This document shows, one piece after another, positions 29,970-39,892 of a DNA stretch of 64,000 nucleotides; position 1 is the first letter of the stretch, and each line of letters begins with the position of its first letter. Source of the stretch: an uncultured bacterium (GTDB lineage: Bacteria; Fidelibacterota; Marinisomatia; Marinisomatales; JAHJCW01). The position numbers were made by a program, and so were the translations under genes. The notes beneath the pieces are model-generated. The model saw only the letters and a list, made by a program, of their open reading frames with translations. It searched no databases and was not told the DNA's origin. The DNA is taken from the NCBI GenBank assembly GCA_964634215.1, contig CAZWKR010000007.1, positions 35,244 to 99,243 of the forward strand, in the 5' to 3' direction.

Positions 29970-30464
29970 TTAATCTATCTCCTCAAATTCTCCAATTTTC
30001 TTATTTTTACGAACATTGTCCCAGTTAAAATATTTACCGTTCATGGCAATATAAATCCCTGCAGGTAAGGTTTGTACAAAAGCGATTGCACTTCCCATGT
30101 TGAAAAGTCCATCTGAACTGCCAAATGTGTAGGGTATCATGGCACCGGTCAAAATTATTGTTTTATCTTTAATAGAATTTGCAAGTATTCTGGCAGTTTC
30201 CACCATGGTATCAGTTCCATGAGTTATAATAATTTTTTTCTCAGTCGCCTTTTCGCAATTTTTTACAATTATATAGCGATCTTCCTCATCCATATCGCAA
30301 CTGTCAATCATCATTAATGTTCGAATATTTAAATCTAATCTTGATCTTCCTAGGTTGAGCATATTTTTTACGTGAGAATCCTTAAAAAATAATTCTCCAT
30401 TGATTTCATTATATTCTTTATCAAATGTACCACCGGTCACTATAATTCTTATTTTCTGTTTCAT
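29970..30464 (-). CDS. Single-domain asparaginase-family protein
   Basis: TGGTFDK, THGTDTM and LTGAMIP motifs. Confidence 0.9.
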   Translation of the reverse strand: MKQKIRIIVTGGTFDKEYNEINGELFFKDSHVKNMLNLGRSRLDLNIRTLMMIDSCDMDEEDRYIIVKNCEKATEKKIIITHGTDTMVETARILANSIKDKTIILTGAMIPYTFGSSDGLFNMGSAIAFVQTLPAGIYIAMNGKYFNWDNVRKNKKIGEFEEID

Positions 30465-30476
30465 ATTAATTTTTAA

Positions 30477-30508
30477 AGAAAAAATGGCTGATTATCAGCC
30501 ATTTTTCT
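30477..30508 (-). terminator. Intrinsic terminator-like hairpin after the Rrf2 gene
   Basis: AAAAATGGCTGA-tta-TCAGCCATTTTT inverted repeat. Confidence 0.7.
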
Positions 30509-30525
30509 ATAGATAAATTATTGAT

Positions 30526-30972
30526 TTATTTCTGATTGGCTTTTGCCATTTCGTTTCGTTTCTCGATTACACGTTTTGCGAGTATATGCAAATTTTCCGA
30601 CATTAACATTTCGCGTATATCTTCTCTAATTATTTTCCATTTGTGATGAAATGGACATGGAGCAAGATCGGAACATTCATTAATTCCAATAACACATTGT
30701 TCATGTTCAGGTGGAGCTCCATCGATCGCGTAAACGATTTGGTGAATATAAATATCCTTAGCGGATCGAGCTAATTTTACCCCACCATTTCTACCTCTAA
30801 CGGCTACTAACAAATGATGTTTAACAAGAGTTTGAGCGATCTTAGCTAAAAATTGGCGTGGAATTTCATAAGCTTCAGCAACTTCACTGACCATGATAGG
30901 GTCACTTGAATTCTTTTCTGCTAAATATATTAATGCCTGAATGGCATATTCCGCTGATTTAGTATATAGCAT
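30526..30972 (-). CDS. Rrf2-family transcriptional regulator (Fe-S-binding Cys triad)
   Basis: SAEYAIQAL, FLAKI, RGRNGG and CVIGINECSDLAPCPFH motifs. Confidence 0.92.
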   Translation of the reverse strand: MLYTKSAEYAIQALIYLAEKNSSDPIMVSEVAEAYEIPRQFLAKIAQTLVKHHLLVAVRGRNGGVKLARSAKDIYIHQIVYAIDGAPPEHEQCVIGINECSDLAPCPFHHKWKIIREDIREMLMSENLHILAKRVIEKRNEMAKANQK

Positions 30973-31161
30973 ACATTATTTCCTTATAATCTGATTATTT
31001 CTTTTATATATAATAAATTTATTAAAAAACTTCGATTCAATTTAAAACATAAAATGGACATTATCATCTTAAAAAAATGATCAACAAATCTGTTAATATT
31101 CAAAAAATATAATTAACTTATTTTTATATAAAACTAAAAGGATTATTTAATTGTAAAAAAA

Positions 31162-31644
31162 ATGTATTGCATCTGGTTAACTTTTGATTCGTCTGAATTA
31201 TCCGAAATTATTAGAAAACTGGCACAAAAATATAATAGTCCGGTTTTTCAACCACACTGTACGCTAATCGGTAAAACCGATATTTCGTTGCCAAGAATGA
31301 AATCTTCTATAATTAATCTTATTAGTAAATATAAACCAATCAAAGTGCATCCTATAAAAATCAATTATACCGATAATATATGGCGATCATTGTATATTGA
31401 ACTAAAAGAAAAACAAATACTTACTGAATGGAACAAACATATTTGTGAACTATTATCAATTAATTATGATAAGGATTTTATTCCACATATTAGTTTAATG
31501 TATAATTCTGTATCGGTTAAAGAAAAGAATAAAATATCATCTAAAATAAAATTAAAACCAGTATACAAAATTAAATCGATTCAAATTGTTGATTGTAGCG
31601 GAAAAGTTGATGAGTGGAACACAGTTTTTGAATTGAAGATTTAA
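31162..31644 (+). CDS. 2H phosphoesterase (cyclic phosphodiesterase / 2'-5' RNA ligase-like)
   Basis: Two HxT/S motifs: FQPHCTL and FIPHISL. Confidence 0.85.
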   Translation: MYCIWLTFDSSELSEIIRKLAQKYNSPVFQPHCTLIGKTDISLPRMKSSIINLISKYKPIKVHPIKINYTDNIWRSLYIELKEKQILTEWNKHICELLSINYDKDFIPHISLMYNSVSVKEKNKISSKIKLKPVYKIKSIQIVDCSGKVDEWNTVFELKI

Positions 31645-31682
31645 ACATCATAAGTGTAATAAATATTTCCTAATTTCATTTT

Positions 31683-32222
31683 ATGACAATAGAAAGAAAA
31701 ACTGCGATTGTATTAATAGATGTACAAGGTAAACTTGCTGAAATAATGTTTGAAAGTAATAGGTTATTTAATAATCTAGAGATATTATTAAAAGGCGCTC
31801 AACTTCTTAATATTCCTATTGTTTGGACTGAGCAGCTACCTGAAAAACTTGGTTCAACATCAGAACGGATTAGTACTTTATTAACAAATCAAAAACCAAT
31901 TACAAAAAGTGAGTTCAGTTGTGTAAAAAATGCTGAATTTTTGAATTTCATAAATGATGAACAATACAATCATTTCTTAATATGTGGGATCGAAACTCAT
32001 GTATGTGTATATCAAACTGCAAGGGATTTACTAACTCTTGGGAATGATGTTGAAATAATTGTTGATGGAGTTTCCTCTAGAACGGAACTCAATAAGAATA
32101 TTGGTATTGAAAAGATAATTTCGTTAGGAGGTAAAGTTACAAGTACAGAGATGCTTTTATTTGAAAAACAAGAGATAGCTCTCGGTGATAAATTCCGTGA
32201 ATTAATCAAAATAGTAAAATAA
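31683..32222 (+). CDS. Isochorismatase-family hydrolase
   Basis: IDVQGKL, TEQLPEKLG, KSEFSC and GIETHVCVYQT motifs. Confidence 0.9.
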   Translation: MTIERKTAIVLIDVQGKLAEIMFESNRLFNNLEILLKGAQLLNIPIVWTEQLPEKLGSTSERISTLLTNQKPITKSEFSCVKNAEFLNFINDEQYNHFLICGIETHVCVYQTARDLLTLGNDVEIIVDGVSSRTELNKNIGIEKIISLGGKVTSTEMLLFEKQEIALGDKFRELIKIVK

Positions 32223-32224
32223 AT

Positions 32225-33346
32225 ATGCAAAATATTCTAAAAATGTTCACGGTTATCTTCCTACTGTTTCCTCAAATAAAAGCAGGGGAACCTGGAGATT
32301 CACTAGTTTGGGATGGTGTAAATGCTTTTTACAATAATGAAACTATAAAGGCAGTTGATATTTTAACTGAAGTGCGTAAGAAATATCCACTGAATGCAGC
32401 TGCGCACTTTACTTGGGCTACGGCAAGATGGCTACATAGCCAAGCAAATGATCCAATTGAGAAAACTTATACAGTTTTAAACAGAGATTTGGACGTAGTA
32501 ACACCTTTATATGAGGATCTAGTGGAAAAATATCCGGAAAATCCGCATTATAGATTATATCTTGGCTCTGCCGAGGGACTACGTGCCCGTGTCTACCTTG
32601 GACAAAAAAGATGGTTTAAGACACTTATTCCGGCTTATAAAGGATTTAAAATAACCAAAGGTGTGGCAGATAATTATCCTGAAATCAAGGATGCAATGCT
32701 TCCAATGGGAGTTGTAGAATATTATGCAGCTTTAAGAAGCTCAATTCTTAAGTGGGCAGCATCATTATTTGGATTGGAGACAACAAAGGAATCTGGACTT
32801 GCAAAAATGGAAATTGCCGCCCAAGAGGGCGATTTTGCCTGGATCGAAGCGCGAAGTCTATTAACATTTATTTATCTTTGGGAAGCTCCCAATATTGAAA
32901 AAGCACTTGAACATTCAACTATTTTAGCGGAAAAATTTCCAAAGAACTTTTACTTTAATTTGATGTACGCTGAAAGTTTGATTAAAACAGAAAATTATGT
33001 TGAGGCTAATAAGCAATTAAACCAACTTCAGCAGGATTATCCTAATTTAACACAAACTCAAAAGCTCCATATGAAAAGTTATTTAGATTATGAATGGGGA
33101 CTGTATTGGTTTGAGAAAAATGAATATGTAAAAGCACAAGAGTATGCTGAACATTCGATCACGAACTATCATGCAGAATTAGATATATATTTAACAAACT
33201 CACTGTTATTGCTTGGAAATATCCATGATGTTAACGGAAATCGTTCTGAAGCTAAAATTGCCTATCAAAAATGTATCAATTTAGATAATAATAGTGAAGC
33301 AGTTCGCTTGGCTGAAATATATATTAATAATCCGTATAAAAAATAG
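32225..33346 (+). CDS. Exported TPR-repeat protein
   Basis: Signal peptide-like N-terminus and helical repeats (LLLGNIHDVNGNRSEAKIAYQKC). Confidence 0.75.
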   Translation: MQNILKMFTVIFLLFPQIKAGEPGDSLVWDGVNAFYNNETIKAVDILTEVRKKYPLNAAAHFTWATARWLHSQANDPIEKTYTVLNRDLDVVTPLYEDLVEKYPENPHYRLYLGSAEGLRARVYLGQKRWFKTLIPAYKGFKITKGVADNYPEIKDAMLPMGVVEYYAALRSSILKWAASLFGLETTKESGLAKMEIAAQEGDFAWIEARSLLTFIYLWEAPNIEKALEHSTILAEKFPKNFYFNLMYAESLIKTENYVEANKQLNQLQQDYPNLTQTQKLHMKSYLDYEWGLYWFEKNEYVKAQEYAEHSITNYHAELDIYLTNSLLLLGNIHDVNGNRSEAKIAYQKCINLDNNSEAVRLAEIYINNPYKK

Positions 33347-35263
33347 ATGGACATTTCATTTCCATATTGTAATAGTCTAACTAAGTACTCCCGATTGAAA
33401 ACTCGTGCTGTTATGGTTGGTAAAATCGGTATTGGCGGAAACAATCCGATCAGAGTACAATCCATGACCGTTACCAATTCTATGGATACCGATGCAACCG
33501 TTGAAGAAGCAATACGAATGGTGAAAGCGGGTTGCGAGTTTGTCAGGATTACTGCTCCGAGCATCAAAGAAGCTCATAATCTTCAGAGTATTAAAGATGA
33601 ATTGTATATCCGTGGATATGATGTTCCCTTGATAGCTGATATCCATTTTACTCCAAATGCCGCTGAAATTGCCGCTCAGATCGTAGAAAAAGTACGCATC
33701 AATCCCGGCAATTATACGGATCGAAAACAATTCAAGGTCGCCGAATATACCGATGTGGCATACAAAGAGGAAATTGAACGAATAAAGCATCGGTTCGTGC
33801 CGTTGATTAGGATATGCAAACGAAATAAAACCACTATTCGCATTGGAGTAAATCATGGATCATTATCTGACAGAATCATGAGCCGATACGGTGATACACC
33901 GCTTGGAATGGTTGAATCCGGTATGGAATTTGTCAGGATTTGCGAAAAGGAAAAATTCTTTAATATTGTATTGTCTATGAAATCGAGCAATCCGGTTGTT
34001 ATGGTGAACGCCAACAGATTATTGGCAGCCAAAATGATAGAATCGGGCAGAATTTATCCGATTCATCTTGGCGTCACCGAAGCGGGTGAGGGAGAAGATG
34101 GACGTATAAAATCGGCAATTGGAATTGGAACATTGCTTGAAGATGGCATTGGTGACACAATTCGAGTATCGCTAACCGAAAAACCGGAAAATGAGATTCC
34201 GGTTGCGAAATCCATAGTGAGCCGATATTTAAATCGTATAGATCATAATTCTATAGATATATTGGATATACCTGTTGTAAATCACTTTGAGTTTAGGCGG
34301 AGAGAATCCACATCTTTAAATAATATTGGTGGAGCAAATCCTCCAAGAATTATTGCTGATTTTAGTCGATTTAGTACTATAAGTCAGAAAGATTTATTAT
34401 CAATCGGATACAAATATTCTGATAATGTATGGCAGATATCTGACCAAACATCTGATTTTATTTTCACTGGAAATCAATCAATAAATTTTGAATTGCCAAC
34501 CGGATTAGCAATTATTCAAAATGCTGAAGTTTGGCAAAATTCTACCAATTCATTTCCGTTATTTACTTCGGAAGAGTATTTTCAAACTAAGATTAAAAAA
34601 TCCGATATTTTAAACTTTATTTTGATTAATTCTTCGGAGATTAATAAAAATATTATTTCCAAGATTAAAGCCGATAATAAAATTGTTTTAATCTTAGAGA
34701 CTGATAATATACATGGTATGGCTGAACAACGACGGTTCATCTTTGAATTAATCAAAAATGATAGTTTAGTTCCGATAATTATAAAAAGAAATTATAGTCG
34801 ATTGGACGCAAAACAGTTATTAATCGATAGCTCAATTGATATAGGTGCTTTGTTAATAGATGGATTGATTGATGGAATATGGTTGGAAAGTAATCAATCA
34901 CCTCAGTATATAAATAAAATTTCTTTTGGAATATTGCAAGCTACCCGTTCGAGAGTTACAAAAACCGAATATATTTCTTGTCCCTCTTGTGGTAGGACAC
35001 AATTTGATCTACCCGAGGTAACAGCTAAAATTCGTAAAGAAACAAAGCATTTGAAAGGTGTAAAAATCGGAGTAATGGGATGTATTGTAAATGGTCCTGG
35101 AGAGATGGCTGATGCTGATTATGGCTATGTTGGAACAGGGGGTGGCTCCATTTCACTATATAAAGGTCAGGAAGTTGTTCAAAAAAATATTTCCGAAAAA
35201 GATGCTGTAGAAGCTCTAGTTAATATTATTAAAGAACATGGAGATTGGGTGGAGAGAGTATGA
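33347..35263 (+). CDS. ispG: (E)-4-hydroxy-3-methylbut-2-enyl-diphosphate synthase, long form with central insertion
   Basis: IRVQSMT, ADIHF, RINPGN, GVNHGSLS, HLGVTEAG, SCPSCGRT and MGCIVNGPGE motifs. Confidence 0.96.
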   Translation: MDISFPYCNSLTKYSRLKTRAVMVGKIGIGGNNPIRVQSMTVTNSMDTDATVEEAIRMVKAGCEFVRITAPSIKEAHNLQSIKDELYIRGYDVPLIADIHFTPNAAEIAAQIVEKVRINPGNYTDRKQFKVAEYTDVAYKEEIERIKHRFVPLIRICKRNKTTIRIGVNHGSLSDRIMSRYGDTPLGMVESGMEFVRICEKEKFFNIVLSMKSSNPVVMVNANRLLAAKMIESGRIYPIHLGVTEAGEGEDGRIKSAIGIGTLLEDGIGDTIRVSLTEKPENEIPVAKSIVSRYLNRIDHNSIDILDIPVVNHFEFRRRESTSLNNIGGANPPRIIADFSRFSTISQKDLLSIGYKYSDNVWQISDQTSDFIFTGNQSINFELPTGLAIIQNAEVWQNSTNSFPLFTSEEYFQTKIKKSDILNFILINSSEINKNIISKIKADNKIVLILETDNIHGMAEQRRFIFELIKNDSLVPIIIKRNYSRLDAKQLLIDSSIDIGALLIDGLIDGIWLESNQSPQYINKISFGILQATRSRVTKTEYISCPSCGRTQFDLPEVTAKIRKETKHLKGVKIGVMGCIVNGPGEMADADYGYVGTGGGSISLYKGQEVVQKNISEKDAVEALVNIIKEHGDWVERV

Positions 35264-36801
35264 ATAGTAGCGTTTTAAGTAGTTCAATTTTAGGAATTGA
35301 TGCTTACATTGTTGAGGTTGAAGCAAATTTGTCCCGCGCTCAATTGCCGCGCTATGTTACTGTCGGTTTACCGGATAATGCTGTTAAGGAAAGCCGTGAA
35401 CGGGTAACAGCAGCAATCTCAAATAGCGGCTATAAATTTCCTCATGCCCACATTACAATAAACCTCGCTCCAGCTGATATTCGTAAAGAGGGATCGGCAT
35501 TTGATTTGCCGATTGCCATCGGAATTTTGGCGGCAACCGGAGTGGTAAAGCCGGACTATTTAAAGAAATTAATTTTACTTGGTGAGCTAGCTTTAGACGG
35601 CACACTTAGACCAATAAAAGGTGTATTACCAATTACTATTTGCGCAAAAAACGATGGAATTAGTGGTATCATTTTACCTATTGAGAACGCTAAAGAAGCA
35701 AGTGTTGTAGATGGGATTCGGGTTGCCGGAGTAAAAACTTTAAGCAATGTTGTTTCAATTCTAAATGGTGAATTGACTATTGAAGCAGAAAAATTAGACC
35801 GTGATAGCTATTTTCATAAACAACGTATTTATTCAGTCGATTTTGAAGATGTAAAAGGTCAGGAACAAGTTAAAAGGGCATTAGAAGTTTCATCTGCTGG
35901 TGGTCACAATGTAATTATGATAGGTCCTCCGGGTTCAGGTAAAACCATGCTTGCAAAACGTTTCCCAACAATTCTACCGGACTTAATATTAGATGAAGCT
36001 TTAGAGACAACAAAGATTCATTCTGTTGCCGGTTTAATACTGGACTGTATCGGACTTATTGCCACGCGGCCATTTCGTTCACCACATCATACAATTAGCG
36101 ATGCCGGACTTATCGGCGGTGGAACTATTCCAAAGCCGGGCGAAGTTAGTTTAGCTCACAACGGAGTTTTATTTTTAGATGAATTACCTGAATTCAAGAA
36201 GAATGTATTGGAAGTAATGCGTCAGCCACTAGAAGATGGCACAGTAACGATATCGCGTGCAACAGTATCATTGAGTTATCCAGCAAGATTTATGCTAATT
36301 GCAGCTATGAACCCTTGTCCGTGCGGATACGCCACTGACTCAAATAACGAATGCACCTGCAATCCACAGATGATTCAGAGATATATGAGTAGAATTTCAG
36401 GTCCATTATTAGACAGAATTGATATTCATGTCGAAGTTCCGGCAGTTCCTTTTACGGAGTTATCTGAGAAAGAATCGGGTGAAAAGTCTGATAAAATTCG
36501 TTCACGCTGCCAGGATTCACGAGAAATTCAGCTTGAACGATTTAACAAAATACCGGGAATGTTCACAAATGCACAAATGGAATCCAATGAATTACGCAAA
36601 TTTTGCGGATTGGATAAACAATCTTCCATATTGTTAAAAACAGCTATGGAAAAACTCGGTCTCTCCGCTCGTGCCTACGACCGTATTTTAAAAGTATCAC
36701 GAACCATAGCAGACTTAGCAGGAGAAAAAGATATTAAGTCAGAACACATTTCTGAAGCAATCCAATATCGCAGTTTAGATAGACAATTGTGGTTGGGGTG
36801 A
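35260..36801 (+). CDS. comM: ComM/YifB Mg-chelatase-like AAA+ helicase
   Basis: VGLPDNAVKESRERV, INLAPAD, GPPGSGKT, RSPHHT, FLDELPEF, AMNPCPCG and SGPLLDRID motifs. ATGA overlap with the ispG stop. Confidence 0.95.
   Translation: MNSSVLSSSILGIDAYIVEVEANLSRAQLPRYVTVGLPDNAVKESRERVTAAISNSGYKFPHAHITINLAPADIRKEGSAFDLPIAIGILAATGVVKPDYLKKLILLGELALDGTLRPIKGVLPITICAKNDGISGIILPIENAKEASVVDGIRVAGVKTLSNVVSILNGELTIEAEKLDRDSYFHKQRIYSVDFEDVKGQEQVKRALEVSSAGGHNVIMIGPPGSGKTMLAKRFPTILPDLILDEALETTKIHSVAGLILDCIGLIATRPFRSPHHTISDAGLIGGGTIPKPGEVSLAHNGVLFLDELPEFKKNVLEVMRQPLEDGTVTISRATVSLSYPARFMLIAAMNPCPCGYATDSNNECTCNPQMIQRYMSRISGPLLDRIDIHVEVPAVPFTELSEKESGEKSDKIRSRCQDSREIQLERFNKIPGMFTNAQMESNELRKFCGLDKQSSILLKTAMEKLGLSARAYDRILKVSRTIADLAGEKDIKSEHISEAIQYRSLDRQLWLG
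36748..36801 (+). repeat. Direct repeat copy 1: comM 3' end (att-like)
   Basis: ATTTCTGAAGCAATCCAATATCGCAGTTTAGATAGACAATTGTGGTTGGGGTGA, matched by 37428-37481. Confidence 0.9.
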
Positions 36802-36806
36802 AACTA

Positions 36807-37220
36807 TTAATCTACTTTGAACAACTCTATAGTATGCTCCTCACCTTCATCATTTTTAAAAGTTAAGCTAAGTCTATCAGCTAATAATTCATATTGCTGA
36901 ATCTCAACTTTACCAATATATTTTTGTTTGAACTCTTCTTTTTGCTTAGAATCTTCAATATTTGATGTAACATCAATTACTTCAGTTATTAGTTTATCCC
37001 CTTTTAATTTGTATTTTCCTCGATATATACTAGTATGATCATATTGTTTGAGAGTATATACATATGTACCATCTTCAAAAAAGGTATATTTTAAAATAAC
37101 TACTTTTGTATCACGTTCCCATTTCCCATTTAAACGTTTTTGTTGAATCTCATTTTGATTATTTCCACAAGTAATAACAAGAAAGAGAGTAATAAAAAAT
37201 ATTAAATATCTGTTTGTCAT
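36807..37220 (-). CDS. Hypothetical lipoprotein (possible lipocalin-like beta fold), cargo of the comM insertion
   Basis: MTNRYLIFFITLFLVITC lipobox-like start, LNGKW motif, beta-rich; AGGA RBS before ATG 37220. Confidence 0.65.
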   Translation of the reverse strand: MTNRYLIFFITLFLVITCGNNQNEIQQKRLNGKWERDTKVVILKYTFFEDGTYVYTLKQYDHTSIYRGKYKLKGDKLITEVIDVTSNIEDSKQKEEFKQKYIGKVEIQQYELLADRLSLTFKNDEGEEHTIELFKVD

Positions 37221-37427
37221 AGGATATTCCTGTTTATGTAAAATATTGATTTTAATCAATTGAAACTTAAATGATTTATGAAAATATTCAAATCTCATTT
37301 GTCAAAAATCCTTATAATTAACTAATTTAAAACAATAGTATTTGAAAATAAGAATTACAAAAGGACATAAAATGAAAAAGGATTATCAATTGCCAACTTT
37401 ATATTTTAAATTATTAACCCAAAGTAA

Positions 37428-37481
37428 ATTTCTGAAGCAATCCAATATCGCAGTTTAGATAGACAGTTGTGGTTAGGATAA
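37428..37481 (+). repeat. Direct repeat copy 2: displaced comM 3' end (att-like)
   Basis: First 38 nt identical to copy 1, then four silent differences (CAA/CAG, TTG/TTA, GGG/GGA, TGA/TAA). Offset is 680 bp. Confidence 0.9.
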
Positions 37482-37584
37482 TTTGAAACAAAAAATAAAG
37501 AAATGTAGTTTCAATATATTGACAACTATTTATTATAGTTGCGGTCTAAAAGAAATATTTATAAAACCAATCTAGAGGATAAAC

Positions 37585-39759
37585 ATGTTGAACAAAGAGA
37601 AATCCCGATTTTTATCGGGGAAAAGACTAATTAGTTTACTAATTATTGTATCCATTTCCGGTTTTGCCATAGCTGATGAAGGCATGTGGACAATGGATCA
37701 AATAGATAAACTTGATCTTGAGAAAAAAGGATTAAAAATTCCGTTGGAAGAAGTGTACAATCCAGATGGAAATTCACTTTTTAATGCAATTGTAAATCTT
37801 GGTGGAGGAACTTCAGAATTTGTTTCATCAAATGGGCTAATATTGACAAATCACCATGTTGCATATGGTGCAGTCCAAAGAGCTTCAACCCAAGGGACAG
37901 ATTATCTAACAAACGGTTTTTTAGCTAATTCACTTGAAGAAGAAATTCAAGCGCCCGGATCATCGGCAATGATAATTGACGAGATTCGTGATGTTACAAA
38001 CGAAGTGATAGTGGCAGGGTCTAAAATCAAAAACTTAGTAAAACGTCAAAAAGCAATCGATGCTAAGATACAATCTATGACTGATGCAATTGAAGAAGGT
38101 AAAGAAGATGTTACTGCTCGAATTGCATCAATGTATGAAGGTCAACAATATTTATTATATATCTACAAAAGATTTGACGATGTTCGCATAGTATATATGC
38201 CACCATTGGCGATCGGTAACTATGGCGCTGATATCGATAATTGGATGTGGCCGCGTCATACAGGTGATTTTGCATTTGGTCGTGTATATGTCTCACCTGA
38301 TGGGGTAGGGCGTAAATATCATGAGGACAATGTACCTTATCAACCAAAAAAATGGCTAAAGATCTCGACTCGCAATCTAAATGACGGTGATTTTACTATG
38401 ATCATGGGTTTCCCCGGACGTACTTCTCGTTATCGTACTTCCCATTCAGTAAAATATAATCGTAATCTATATTATCCTGATTGGTTAGCTAGGGCAGGTG
38501 ATGTAATTGATATTTTAGAAAAAGCCGGTGAAGATTCTCCTGAAGCAAAGATGGCTGTCGCTGGAATGCGCAAAGGACTTGCAAATTATCAGAAAAAATA
38601 TGGTGGTACGGTTGCATCTATGGATAGATACAATTTTCTTAAAGAAACTTTGAAAAATGAAAAGAAATTTTTAGAATTTGTAAAATCTGATCGCAAACTA
38701 AAGAAAAAATATGGTAAAGTGTTGGACGATATTGGCGCTTTATATGGAGACCAAGTTGCGAATAAAAAACATAATGATGTTCTTGGGTCTTTTGGATACT
38801 ATGCAGGAACATTACCTGGTGTAGCAAATAATGTTTATTACACTGTAAAAGAGCGTGAGAAGTCTGATGCAGAGCGCGACCCTAACTTCTCAGAGAAAGA
38901 TGTAGAGCGCGGTGCAGAACGCCTTCATTATCGATATATGGGTTTTTATGAACCTGTTCAAAAGGAATTGTTAAAATATTTTCTTGAAAAATCAACAAAA
39001 CTTTCAGTTAATAACAGAGTTAAGGGCATTGATAAAATATTGGTTAAAAACAATATGACAGTTGATGAATATGTTGATTATGTTTTTGAAAATACAAAAT
39101 TAACAGATGTTGAATATGTTAAATCTCTTTTGAAAATGAGTTCGGTAGAAGTTGTTGAACTGAACGATCCATTAATTGACCTTGCAATCGCAATGTATCC
39201 TGAAAATGAAGCATCACGTGATCGCGGCGAGAAATTTAATGCTAATATTACGGATCTCCGTAAAAAATATATGGAAGCACTGCAACTAATGAGTGATGAT
39301 GCAGTTTATCCGGATGCAAACAGTTCCTTCCGCTTTACCTATGGTGATGTTGAAGGGTATAGTCCACGAGATGCCGTGCAATATGCACCATTTACGACAC
39401 TGGGTGGCGCTATTGAAAAGGATACCGGAGAAAGACCATTTGATATGCCTGCTAAATTAAAGGAACTTTATAAAGCTCGTGATTATGGTAATTGGGCAGA
39501 TCCTGACCTAAATGATATGCCGATCGCATTTTTACATACAACTGACATTACGAATGGAAATAGTGGAAGTCCTGTATTGAACGCTTATGGCGAAATGATC
39601 GGGATAGCATTCGATGGTAATTTGGAAGCAATGCTTTCCGATTGGAAATTCGATCCTGCTATTCAACGTACCATTTCGGTAGATATCCGTTATGTAATGT
39701 TTGTAACTGAAAAATATGCAGGTGCTGATTACTTATTAGAGGAAATGGGTTTAAAATAG
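37585..39759 (+). CDS. S46-family dipeptidyl peptidase (DPP7/DPP11-like)
   Basis: ADEGMW, LTNHHVA, DNWMWPRHTGDF, YPDAN and DITNGNSGSPV motifs. Confidence 0.95.
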   Translation: MLNKEKSRFLSGKRLISLLIIVSISGFAIADEGMWTMDQIDKLDLEKKGLKIPLEEVYNPDGNSLFNAIVNLGGGTSEFVSSNGLILTNHHVAYGAVQRASTQGTDYLTNGFLANSLEEEIQAPGSSAMIIDEIRDVTNEVIVAGSKIKNLVKRQKAIDAKIQSMTDAIEEGKEDVTARIASMYEGQQYLLYIYKRFDDVRIVYMPPLAIGNYGADIDNWMWPRHTGDFAFGRVYVSPDGVGRKYHEDNVPYQPKKWLKISTRNLNDGDFTMIMGFPGRTSRYRTSHSVKYNRNLYYPDWLARAGDVIDILEKAGEDSPEAKMAVAGMRKGLANYQKKYGGTVASMDRYNFLKETLKNEKKFLEFVKSDRKLKKKYGKVLDDIGALYGDQVANKKHNDVLGSFGYYAGTLPGVANNVYYTVKEREKSDAERDPNFSEKDVERGAERLHYRYMGFYEPVQKELLKYFLEKSTKLSVNNRVKGIDKILVKNNMTVDEYVDYVFENTKLTDVEYVKSLLKMSSVEVVELNDPLIDLAIAMYPENEASRDRGEKFNANITDLRKKYMEALQLMSDDAVYPDANSSFRFTYGDVEGYSPRDAVQYAPFTTLGGAIEKDTGERPFDMPAKLKELYKARDYGNWADPDLNDMPIAFLHTTDITNGNSGSPVLNAYGEMIGIAFDGNLEAMLSDWKFDPAIQRTISVDIRYVMFVTEKYAGADYLLEEMGLK

Positions 39760-39776
39760 TCTATTAATTTTAATAG

Positions 39777-39813
39777 AATAAAAGCCCCTGAATAATTTCA
39801 GGGGTTTTTTATT
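39777..39813 (+). terminator. Intrinsic terminator
   Basis: AAAAGCCCCTGAA-taat-TTCAGGGGTTTTTT. Confidence 0.85.
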
Positions 39814-39892
39814 GATAGAAAAAATGAACTATATTTGTATCGTATCGTAATGAAATAAACTTGTAATATATAAGAATCATAAGATTATTAAA

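Noticed and set aside
31051-31074. Possible Rrf2 autoregulatory operator GGACA-N5-ATCTT
   Set aside because: It is an imperfect, single occurrence in very AT-rich DNA and cannot be supported from this window alone.
33347-35263. Extra-long IspG
   Set aside because: The central insertion is a known feature of IspG in Bacteroidota, Chlamydiae and plants, so it is not novel.
37372-37458. 28-aa ORF MKKDYQLPTLYFKLLTQSKFLKQSNIAV with AAGGA RBS
   Set aside because: It runs out of frame into the duplicated comM end and is most likely a truncated remnant or chance ORF, so it is not called as a gene.
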